In this document: piece by piece, positions 25,033-35,743 of the stretch
How the letters are laid out: the number at the start of each line of letters is the position of its first letter
Numbering within the stretch: position 1 is the stretch's first letter
DNA from: Piromyces finnis finn
Taxonomy: Eukaryota > Fungi > Neocallimastigomycota
Length of the DNA stretch: 64,000 nt
Reading direction: 5' to 3'
NCBI GenBank assembly: GCA_002104945.1
Contig: MCFH01000038.1
Location: 475,434 to 539,433, forward strand
Notes under the pieces: generated by a model
What the model saw: only the letters and a program-made list of their open reading frames with translations
Database searches by the model: none
What the model was told of the DNA's origin: nothing
Position numbers and translations under genes: made by a program

Positions 25033-26841
25033 ATGAAAAATATTATTTCATTACCAATTATAATATTAATTACATTATCATTAGCAACTTTTGCTTGTGC
25101 AAAAGTTAGTGAAAAATGTAAAACTAATTTAAAAAAAATTGAAAATGACCAATATTATTTGATATATGTTAATAACACTTTTGGTGAATTTAAAGTATAT
25201 TCAAGTAATAAAAAACGTCAAGAATCAAAATCTAATGAATTTATATTTTCATTAGTCGATGATCTTCATAATTTAATTATTGAAAATAAGGATACCTATA
25301 AAAATCAAGAAAAGTTTGAAGAATTAGAAAGTAGTAGTCTATTAAATAAAAGAGGAGATAGTAATGATGAAAAAAAATTTTATATCGGTGAATCAAGCTT
25401 CATATATCCAATATCTTCAGTTGATAATGTTGTGGTCCTAAATGCTTATCTTTCTAAAAACTTGGTAGAAAAGGTTATTAGCTACGATAGTATTATTGAT
25501 GTAGAACCTGATCTACATTCAGCTAAATACCAAAGTTATTATAATAAGGAAGACATATTAAAAGAAACAAACTGGGAAAAACTTGCAGTTAGAGAAAATG
25601 CTGCTTTTCATTTATCCTTAATTTCGCAAGGACAATATAATAAGAATTTAGTTAATAAATATGATAATAACTATTACTATCCATATTCAGGCGGTAAAGA
25701 TGTTGATATTATTATTTTAGATGCAGGTTTCCATTTTAATTATTCAGAATTTTCTAATTCAAATGAACGTAATGCTAAATGTATTGGATACATTTTAAAT
25801 GGTAAATTTTACCAAAGTGAAAAATGTGCATGTGATTTTTATACTCATGGAGATAAAGTCGCAGATGTAGCAGGTGGATTAAAATATGGTGCAGCTAATA
25901 AAGCTAATATCTATGGTATTGCTCATTCAACTGAATATATTACTATAGATGATAGTGATGCAATTGCTGCATTACAACAAATATATGAAAATATGATTCG
26001 TCCTCACAAAACCATTATTAGTATTTCTTATTGTATTGTTAGGGAAAAGAAATCATCTTTTTATAAACAATATACTAGTTTAATAGATAAAATTACTGAA
26101 AAAGGTGGTATCATTGTCTGTTCAGCTGATAATGGATATGGAGAAATAGATGGTGAATCAACTAACTATTATTACCTACCATGCTCATCACCAAATACTA
26201 TTTGCGTAGGAGGAATCCAAAATAAGTCAAAATCTAAAATGGATGATGTATATACAAAATCTGAAGGTTCTACCTACGGTAAAGATGTCGATATTTATGC
26301 CCCGTTTTGGGTTGAAACAAAAATTATTAAAGATAATAAGGTTATAAATGAATCGGGAAGTGGTAATTCATTTGGTACTCCTTTAGTATCTGGTATAATA
26401 GCTACTATTATTAGTGAAAATTCTAAAATAAAATTTACTAAAAATTCAATGTTGAAATTACTTCTCGATAATGCTATTCCATTTGATTATAAACGCAAAA
26501 CACTTCATATGGTTAACAATGGTAAGCACATTGTATACTCAGAAGATGGGGTTTATTATGGATGTGGAATTAATGCTGGTAATAAATTATGTTATTCTAT
26601 GTCAACAACAACTAGATCTACAACTAAAAAAACTACTACTGCTAAAAAAACTACTACTACTAAAAAGACTACTACTACTAAAAAGACTACTACTACTAAA
26701 AAAACTACTACTACCAATAAAAAAACAACTAATAAAACTACTTCAAAAAAAGCTTCTACTACTAAAAAAGTAACAACTAAAAAAGTAACAACTAAAAAAG
26801 TTATTACAAAAGTTGTAACAGTTAATAAAAAAAACAACTAA
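25033..26841 (+). CDS. Secreted S8 subtilisin-like protease, tandem paralog, Thr/Lys-rich tail
   Basis: Colinear with the upstream paralog (YYLIY, YYNKEDILKET.W.KL.VRENA, YDNNYYYP.S.GKDVDI); D (IILDAG), H (HGDKVA), S (GNSFGTP). ATG at 25033 preferred to GTG at 25027. Confidence 0.9.
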   Translation: MKNIISLPIIILITLSLATFACAKVSEKCKTNLKKIENDQYYLIYVNNTFGEFKVYSSNKKRQESKSNEFIFSLVDDLHNLIIENKDTYKNQEKFEELESSSLLNKRGDSNDEKKFYIGESSFIYPISSVDNVVVLNAYLSKNLVEKVISYDSIIDVEPDLHSAKYQSYYNKEDILKETNWEKLAVRENAAFHLSLISQGQYNKNLVNKYDNNYYYPYSGGKDVDIIILDAGFHFNYSEFSNSNERNAKCIGYILNGKFYQSEKCACDFYTHGDKVADVAGGLKYGAANKANIYGIAHSTEYITIDDSDAIAALQQIYENMIRPHKTIISISYCIVREKKSSFYKQYTSLIDKITEKGGIIVCSADNGYGEIDGESTNYYYLPCSSPNTICVGGIQNKSKSKMDDVYTKSEGSTYGKDVDIYAPFWVETKIIKDNKVINESGSGNSFGTPLVSGIIATIISENSKIKFTKNSMLKLLLDNAIPFDYKRKTLHMVNNGKHIVYSEDGVYYGCGINAGNKLCYSMSTTTRSTTKKTTTAKKTTTTKKTTTTKKTTTTKKTTTTNKKTTNKTTSKKASTTKKVTTKKVTTKKVITKVVTVNKKNN

Positions 26842-27426
26842 GAAAAAAATATTAATAATTAAATATAATGATAATAATACATTCATTATATTATAAATGT
26901 AAATACTATATATATAATATAAAAATATAAAAGATAAAAGATATATTAATGTTGAAAAAAAAAAAAAAAAAAAAAAAAACTTTTAAAATAATGTTACATT
27001 AATTAATTAGTTAGTTTAAAACAATGTAAATTTAAATAAAATAATGTAATAAAATATAATTTAAAAAAGTATATACATATACGTGTTTCCAATTACTATT
27101 AATTAAATTATTTATATATTATCATGATGGTTTTAAGATTTTTAAAATAGATTTCATATATATTATATTTTATTTTTCTTTTTTTTTTTTTTTTTTTTTT
27201 TTACAAAGGATGACCTCAAGATTGATTCCTTAGTTTTTAATAATTATCTTACAATAAATTATCATTAATTGCTATTGATTTTTATTATAATTTTCATGGT
27301 AAGGATTAATTTTTTTCTTTGTTTTATCTTTTTTTCTACTAAAAAACTATTAAATAACCTTTTATATATACAACAAAAATTAAACTATATTAAAATTTAA
27401 TATAATAAGAATTAAAATAAAATTTT

Positions 27427-27498
27427 TAGCAGCGGTATGTTTCGATCATACGACCTGTGGGTTATGAGCCCACCACGCTTCCACTGCGCTACGCTGCT
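27427..27498 (-). tRNA. Initiator tRNA-Met (CAT)
   Basis: Reverse complement folds as a cloverleaf: A1-U72 pair, GTGGG-CTCATAA-CCCAC anticodon arm, ATCGAAA T-loop; T-run downstream. Confidence 0.97.
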
Positions 27499-27514
27499 TC
27501 TTTCAATTTTTTTT

Positions 27515-28455
27515 TGTAGTAATTTCTTATTATTGTTTACAGAAATTACTATCTACAATAATATTAACGAATAATATTGTAGTATTATTATGCGGAAATA
27601 AGAAGTATTGAACAAATTAGAATAGAAAATAGAAAGTAAAAATAAAACTTATCGAGTTTATTATAAAGATTTATAATAAACAACCAAACACAAAGAGTCA
27701 AATGGGTCGTAAGTTTTTTTAGTTAAATTACTGATTTATTAGAAGGATATTTTATTTAATTAAAAAGAAAAATGTATTTATGTTATTTATTATAACGTAT
27801 TCCTTTATAATAATAACTCTTGAATTTCTAAGGAATTTCAAGAGTGTTTTATTTATAATTTTATTAAAAAATAAGGTTAAATAAACGGGTTCTAATCTTA
27901 ACAAATAAAATGTTTAGGAAAAGACTAGAAGAAAAACCTAAACATGATTTTCGATCAATATTCTAGTCATATTGATCTTCGTGTAATTTTAAGTAAAACC
28001 GAATGCTTCTTTAAAGCGAAATCGGGAAAACCTTAAAATTCCGATTCCTATTTTATCCGTGCTTAATACAATACATAAAATATAATTAATACATAATTTA
28101 AAACAATAAGTGTAATGAATATAGTTAGTCAAAATTAAATGTATAAGATAAATAATAAGTAAATAAATTATTTATATTAATTAAATGTACATAAAAATTA
28201 ATAATTAAATAAATTTATAAAGTTAATTAAATATATAAGAATATAGCAAGTAAATAAATTTTATATTTTATATAAGTGTATATAAAATTAATATTTTAAG
28301 TAAATCATAAGTATTAACTAAATGAATGAAATATTAAATAATTTAATAAATTATTAGTAATAGTTGAATGTATAGAAAATAATAATTTAAATAAATTTGT
28401 ATTAAATAATAAGAAATAATAATTATTCAATTATGAATAATTAATATTTCTTACA
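27515..28455 (-). mobile_element. Solo LTR, family A (diverged copy A0)
   Basis: TG...CA termini, TTTTT on both flanks, shares the hairpin, TTAGGAAAAGACTAGAAGAAAAACCTAAA and termini with the LTRs at 52887 and 58346. Confidence 0.85.
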
Positions 28456-29165
28456 TTTTTTTAAGGAACCAACAAATAATGTTATTCTTGTCATAATTAA
28501 TGATTATGACCTAATCCATTATTGTTCCTAAATGTATGAAAACTTTACAATATTCTTATTTGTAAATTAATGTATACATTTAAATTATATTTAAAATTAT
28601 TAATAATTATTTTTATTGAACTTAAATTTTATTTTATTAAACTTAAAAATTAATTTAGTAATAATAATATATTGAAAATTATAGTTTATTGAACTTTTAG
28701 TTTAATTTATCAAGTTAATGAATTTTTATTAATTAAAATTATGAATAATATTTCTGTAAAATAGTAAAATTCTTTAGTTAAATATATTTAAAGTAAACTT
28801 TTAATGTATGATGTTAATCAATTTAATAATATGTATAAATATTTATTATAATAGTAATGTAATTTTATTGTTCATTTAAAAGTAATTTAAATACTAAAAT
28901 TAATGTAAATAATTAAAGACTAATTCTTTTAATTAACACTACTTAATTTTTTACAAAAAGTATAAAAAGGTGTATATTATAAGAATTAGAAAATATACAG
29001 ATATTTTTATTTTTATTTTATTTTATAATTTTATATTAATATCTTAATAAAACAATTTTATTAATAAAACAATTTTTCTTATTTCATTTTAATATTATTT
29101 TTGAGTATTAATAAATTTATTAATATTTTATAAATAAAAGTAAATTCCTCGAACCGTAACATTTT

Positions 29166-30376
29166 TGATACGCTACTCACATAAAAACATGATAAAAACT
29201 AGCTGAATAAACACGACTTAACCCATAGTAACTTATAATAAAAATAAACAATAATAACCCTTAAAGATGAATGAATAATAATTTTATGAAAATATAACCC
29301 TTTCTTTAAATAAATAATATTATCTTTATTATATAATAAATTCTGAGTAAAAACGACCTAATAGTGATAATAATAAAATAAATTATTAAATAAAATAAAT
29401 TATTAAATAAAATAAATTATTAAATAAAATAAATTATTAAATAAAATAAATTATTAAATAAAATAAATTATTAAATAAAATAAATTATTAAATAAAATAA
29501 AACGACTTAATCCAATAATGTACTAAAATAATAAAATAATAATAAATAAATAAAAATGAATAAATAAACTAAAAATAAAATGATATACATCAAATTATTA
29601 ATTCTAGTGTTTATCCAAGTGTTCTTTAGAAATACTCTTAAACTTATAAATTAAAAAAATAACTAATTGAGTAATTATTACTAAAATGATAAACTTAAAA
29701 CCTGGAAATAGAACAATAATAACAATTCCAAAGATAAAATACAGAACTCTTTTATGTTTCTGTATAAAATGAGTGTTTATAATAATTGATACTTTTAATA
29801 TTTTAATTTTGTTAAATTTTTATTTTAATTTTATTTTAATTTTATTTTAATATTATTTTAATTTTAAATTTTAATTATTTTATTCAAGGTATTATACATT
29901 TAATGATAGTCAATGATAATTTATAATAATTTTTCTAAATTTAAACATTTTGAAGTAATAAGAAAATCAAATAAGTAATATTCTATAATATTTTATAATA
30001 CTAAGACATAATTTTAATTTATTCTTTTAATTTTAATAAATAATAACAATAGTAATAATAACATTTAATAGTTAAAAATAATAATACATGTAATAAATGA
30101 AAATGTATAAAAGGAAGATAAAATTCTTCTTTATAAAGGGGGGACAATAAATAGAGAATAAAAAGACCATAAACAGATAATAAATAAATTATAAAATATA
30201 ATAAAGATTTAATTTAAAACATAATAAGAGTTTATTTTCGAGTTTTGAGTGATTTATTTGTTAATTATAAAACATATTTTATTTTATTTTAAATTTATTG
30301 TTTCATCATTATAATATAGAATTTATTATTTATTAAAAACATTATATTATTCACAAATATATCGGTCAACGCATCA
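29166..30376. mobile_element. Solo LTR-like element, family E (copy E1, inverted relative to 51808-52883)
   Basis: About 1.1-1.2 kb inverted paralog of 51808-52883; termini TGATRCG...CGYATCA; TTTT on both flanks. Confidence 0.8.
29372..29500. repeat. 17-bp minisatellite AATAAAATAAATTATTA, 7 copies plus partial, inside E1
   Basis: Counted directly; the paralog near 52645 has about one unit. Confidence 0.92.
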
Positions 30377-30379
30377 TTT

Positions 30380-30411
30380 TGATAAATAATTAAATTTATA
30401 AATTATGAATT

Positions 30412-30457
<46 letters not shown>

Positions 30458-31149
30458 TTAAAACACAGATAGTGTAAAGATATCAAACGCCACAGATTGA
30501 TATCTTTAATGTAACTTAAGCCATAAATATCATTGTTTAAGTTACACGAATTATATTACAGAAAAAGAAAATGGGACATAATTTATTTATTAATAATTAA
30601 AGTTTAAAACAAAATAAATTATTAGTTTATTCTTAATGTTTAACAAATAAATTAAAATTCTCAATTCAAACCCCTAGTTTTAGTATTGTTTTGTAATAGA
30701 AATAGACATCTAGTATATAATTATTAAATGTTTAATATATCAATAATACATGGGCACATATTCAAATTGAATAGTACTTAATTTGAATTGCCAATTGTAT
30801 TTTACTAAAAATAGTTATAGTTTAAATATTTATTAATAATTAAGATTTTAGTGTAGATTTTAAATAATAATATATAAGAAATAAATAGTTATAATATAAT
30901 ATAAATGTATTTAGGAAAAATATAAATAGAAGATATTTTTCATCATTTTATCGATGTAATTATTATTAAAATTCTATTATAATAAAAGATATTTTTAATA
31001 AAACAATTTTTTATTTTTATTTTAAATTTAGTGTTATTGTAATAGAATAGATATCCTAATCTATTCTTTCTGTGTCGCCATTACAGATAGTTAAAAATTA
31101 AAATAATTAACTTGTATAAAATTATTAAATTAAAAATTATAAATGTAAA

Positions 31150-31180
<31 letters not shown>

Positions 31181-31593
31181 TAAATTAAATAGTTTATATT
31201 TGTTTATAATTATACTTTAAAATAATAATTTTGTATAAATAGTGATAGAATTATTTTATTTTAAAAGATGTTCCTAATAATCCAGTAAAATTAGATAATA
31301 ATATTAAATTTTATTAAAATAATAGTTGTGATTATATTTACATACATTCAAGATGTATTAAACCATAACATATATATATTTAATAATACAAGAGTTATTA
31401 AATATTAAAACTTTATAATTAAATAAAATAATTTTATATTTTAAACTAACAAAGACTTGCAAATGAACAAGTATAAAAATCATTTATTCTATTTTTATTT
31501 TCTTATTTATTTTTATTTATTAAATTTTAGATACAAATATTATCACTTTCTATATTCATTTATAGAATTAAGATAATATTTTTCTTCGTATCA
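30380..31593. mobile_element. Solo LTR-like element, family C (copy C1), interrupted by a family B solo LTR
   Basis: TGATA...TATCA termini; uninterrupted paralog at 47162-47754; contains an (AAT)n run. Confidence 0.78.
30473..31085 (+). mobile_element. Solo LTR, family B
   Basis: Matches LTR 34761-35365; TSD GATAG; empty site visible in C2 near 47248. Confidence 0.93.
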
Positions 31594-31658
31594 TTTTTGA
31601 TACAAAGAGGATATTATAAAAGGTTTTATCTTCAACTTCTGTTTTTCTCTTATAATAA

Positions 31659-32262
31659 TGTAATGTTGAACACTGAAAGAATAGATTAGGATATCTATTC
31701 TATTACAATAACACTATAATTAAAATAAAAATTGTTTTATAAGAAATATCTTTTATTATAATAGAAATTTATTAATAACAATTACATTGATAAAATGATG
31801 AAAAATATCTTCTATTTATATTTTTCCTAAATACATTTATATTATATTATAACTATTTATTTAAAATATTATTTAAAACCTACACTAAAATCTTAATTAT
31901 TAATAAAATATTTAAACTATAACTATTTTAGTAAAATTAAATAAGCAATTCAAATTAAGTACTATTCAATTTGAATATGTGCCCATGTATTATTTATATA
32001 TTAATCATTTATTATTTATATACTATTCATCTTTTTCTATCAAAAACAATACTAAAACTAAGAAATTAAATTTCTCAATTTAATTTATTTGTAAAACATT
32101 AAAAATAAATTAATAATTTATTTTGTTTCAAACTTTAATTATTAATAAATAAATTATGTTTCATTTTCTTTTTCTGTAATATAAATTGTGTAACTTAAGC
32201 AATAATACTTGTGGCTTAAGTTACATTAAAGATATCAAGCTGAGGCGTTTGATATCTTTACA
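31659..32262 (-). mobile_element. Solo LTR, family B (subtype B2), reverse orientation
   Basis: Reverse complement of the B LTR, closest to 43351-43965; TSD ambiguous (TAATG only if the terminal TG is shared). Confidence 0.9.
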
Positions 32263-35200
32263 TAATGTTCTATTAAATCATCCGATTTATACTGGACTTA
32301 TGAATGATAATAAAGAGGATTCGCATAATTCATATTACGACAGGAAGAATATTAACCAGAACTTTAGATATCCATATTTCAACAGAACTAGGACTAACTA
32401 CCGCAGAATTTATGGAGGACAGTCTAATTGGAGCAACACCAATGGTTATGTAAATCAACAGAATGATAATAATAGTAGAATGGGTTTAACCCCTTATCAA
32501 GTCATGAATAAATCTTATTCTACAACAGGAAATGCGGAAAAAAGGGTATTTCTGATGGAACCAACCAATGCCATTCCAAGGGAGATTGATGAAAGAAACT
32601 CTGATATAAAATGTTTCAGATGTGGACAAAGTGGACATAAACTTATAGAGTGTCCATATACTTTTAAACAACTTGCGGAAATGGAAGAAAAGGGGCTTTT
32701 AAACTAGACTCTGGGAGAAGGACAACTCCCAGTAAACAAACCAATCTATCGGTGGTACAACCCGCGGTAGATAAAACAATAAATAATACTTGTGCTCCAA
32801 ATAATAATTATCAAGAGCCTTCGTCCATAACCTTGATTGCAACTAAGAAATCGAAGGACACAAATAGCAAAATTAAAAATGGGCACAAGGAAACAACAGT
32901 CCAGATAAAGAGGATGCATGAGAATAAATTACAACGAAGTCCTATGCCTATTAAGACTGCGGCTATGAAGAATAACGAGCAATTAGATAAAAAAAGGAAT
33001 TATACAAATGAAAGTGATAAGGAGATGAACTTGGACACTTCTGAAGTTATAGCGATAGATTCTGAAGGAAAATCAACCAAAGATAAAGATAAGATAATGG
33101 AAACCATAGAAAAAGAAGAAATGGAAGGGGAGAAAGATGGTATGAATGAAGAATTGAATAAGAATGATAAGAGCGAAGTAAAAGCTCCCAAAGAAAGCGA
33201 AAAAGTAAATAAAGTAGAGAAGTTAGAACACTTGGATGTATCTCATCTAAATGACAAAAGAATCGAGAATGTGACAAAGAAAAGTCGAGAAGAAAGAAAT
33301 GCTGAAATTAAGAAACAGGAAAAGAAAGAAGCAAGTAAAACAAGCTCGTTACCTCCACAAGAACAAATTTCGAACATCAAAAGACATATACGATTAATAG
33401 ATGGATTTGAAGAGTTTAAAATAGATGATTTAGTAAAGGAAGTGGCTTCCACAGAAGGGATAACTAAACTTGTAAATCTATTAGACTTGTTTCCAAAATT
33501 TCGTACAGTTTTTGCCCAAAAATTGAAATTAAAACCAAAATTCAGAAACACAGTCACTATTGCAGTTACTCTGCTGGGGGAACATAAAGTCGTCAAGGTT
33601 CGTGGAAGAGTAGAAGAATTTGAGGCAGAAATCTTCTTAGATTCATGTGCCAGTGTTAATATGATAACGAAGTCAGCCCTTCATAAGTTCGGAATCCACA
33701 ATTGGTGAGAAAACTTTCACAGATATTTTTAGAGTGATTGAAAAGGACGATATTTTTAATATATTAATTGGTATTGACTCTTTAAAAAGAAATCGATTTA
33801 ATTTAAATTTTGTGGATGATAGTTTATATTACATTGATAAAAATAATTCACACATGAAGATTGCAGACCTGTATTATGATATTAATCTACCAGAATTAAA
33901 AGGGGAAGATTCAGATGAGGAAATTATAGAAGAAACACCAATGTTAATAACAGTAGCGATGTCTACCCAGAATGAAGGAAAAGAAGGAACGTTAGAAACA
34001 AAAGAAAATATTATTAATGAAGTTGTGGATAAAATACCGGAAGATATTAGAGAGGTAGTAAGAAAGCTATTTGATAAATTTAGGCGTGTTATCGCTGTTA
34101 AAACTGATGATCTGAGTAGAACCAAATTACTACCTCATCGTATCAGGTTGAAGCCAAACTCGTTTCCTTTTAAACAACGAGCATATAGGCTGTCAAAAGT
34201 GCAAGCAGATGCATTGAAAGTGGAGTTAACCAAACTAATTAATAATAAATTAATTGAACCATCCCACTCATCGTGGTCGTCGCCTGTAGTCTTAGTGCCT
34301 AAGAAAAATGGAAAATACCAAATGTATGTAGATTATCGACGCTTGTGAATGTACAATAAAAGATTCTTACGCCCTACCACTAGTTGATGATATACTGTGT
34401 TACGTAGGTAAGAAAGCTGTTTTGACTACTATGGATTTGTTTTCGGGTTACCACCAAGTACCAATGTATTCGGAAGATGAAGACCTTACTTGTTTCACAA
34501 CTATTTATGGTAACTACAATTTTAAGGTAATGCCATTTGGGCTGTGTAATGCACCTGCTACATTTCAGAGAGAAATGAACAGGATATTCTTCAGTTTGAT
34601 TGGCATCTGCGTTTTTATTTACATTGACGATTTAATTGTATTTTCTTATACCATAGAGGATCATGTAAATGATTTATTGAAAGTATTTACAGTCCTTCAA
34701 GAAAATGGGTTGAAAATTAATATTGAAAAATGCAACTTCTTTCAGAAGTAAGTAAAATTATGTAAAGATATCAAACGCCTCTGTTTGATATCTTTAATGT
34801 AACTTAAGCCACAAGTATTATTGTTTAAGTTACACAAATTATATTCAGAAAAAGAAAATGAGACATAATTTATTTATTAATAATTAAAGTTTAAAACAAA
34901 ATAAATTATTAATTTATTTTTAATGTTTAACAAGTAAATTAATATTCTCAATTTAAATCCCTAGTTTTAGTATTGTTTTTTTATAGAAATAGATAAATAA
35001 TAAATGATTAATATATCAATAATACATGGGCACATATTCAAATTAAATGGTACTTAATTTGAATTGCCAATTGTATTTTACTAAAAATAGTTATAGTTTA
35101 AATATTTATTAATAATTAAGATTTTAGTGTAGATTTTAAATAATAATATATAAGAAATAAATAGTTATAATATAATATAAATGTATTTAGGAAAAATATA

Positions 35201-35405
35201 AATAGAAGATATTTTTCATCATTTTATCGATGTAATTGTTATTATTAAAATTCTATTATAATAAAAGATATTTTTAATAAAACAATTTTTTATTTTTATT
35301 TTAAATTTAGTGTTATTGTAATAGAATAGATATCCTAATCTATTCTTTCAGTGTTCAACATTACAATAACAATTACCTAACGAAAACCAAGAATACGTTA
35401 GGGTA

Positions 35406-35556
35406 TCTACCGCCGAGTAAAAGAAGAAAAAGAAGGAATAACTACTGAGTTGAAATTGAGTCTATCGCCGAGTAAAAGAAGAAAAAAGAAGGAATAACTA
35501 CTGGGTTGAAATTGAATCTACAGCCGCCGAGTGGGAAGAAAGGACCAAGAATAACC
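35406..35556 (+). repeat. 55-56-bp tandem repeat in the element B leader, 2 copies plus a degenerate third
   Basis: TCTA.CGCCGAGTAAAAGAAGAAAAAGAAGGAATAACTACTG.GTTGAAATTGA starting at 35406 and 35461; partial unit at 35517. Confidence 0.88.
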
Positions 35557-35661
35557 ATTAAGGATTGATTAGTAGTACAAAACTTGTTCGACACTGCTTT
35601 TGCAGAACGCGTCTGAATAACTTTTGTATTGTTTGATATACTAAAATTATCTTTTATAAAT

Positions 35662-35696
<35 letters not shown>

Positions 35697-35743
35697 ACTT
35701 ACTTGAAATAGTAGTAAGAAAACATTTTATTTATTTTAGTAAG

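Noticed and set aside
32186-32262. Listed start of the 173-aa ORF; likewise ORF 40165-40449
   Set aside because: The N-terminus is antisense B LTR sequence; only the part after 32263 is gag.
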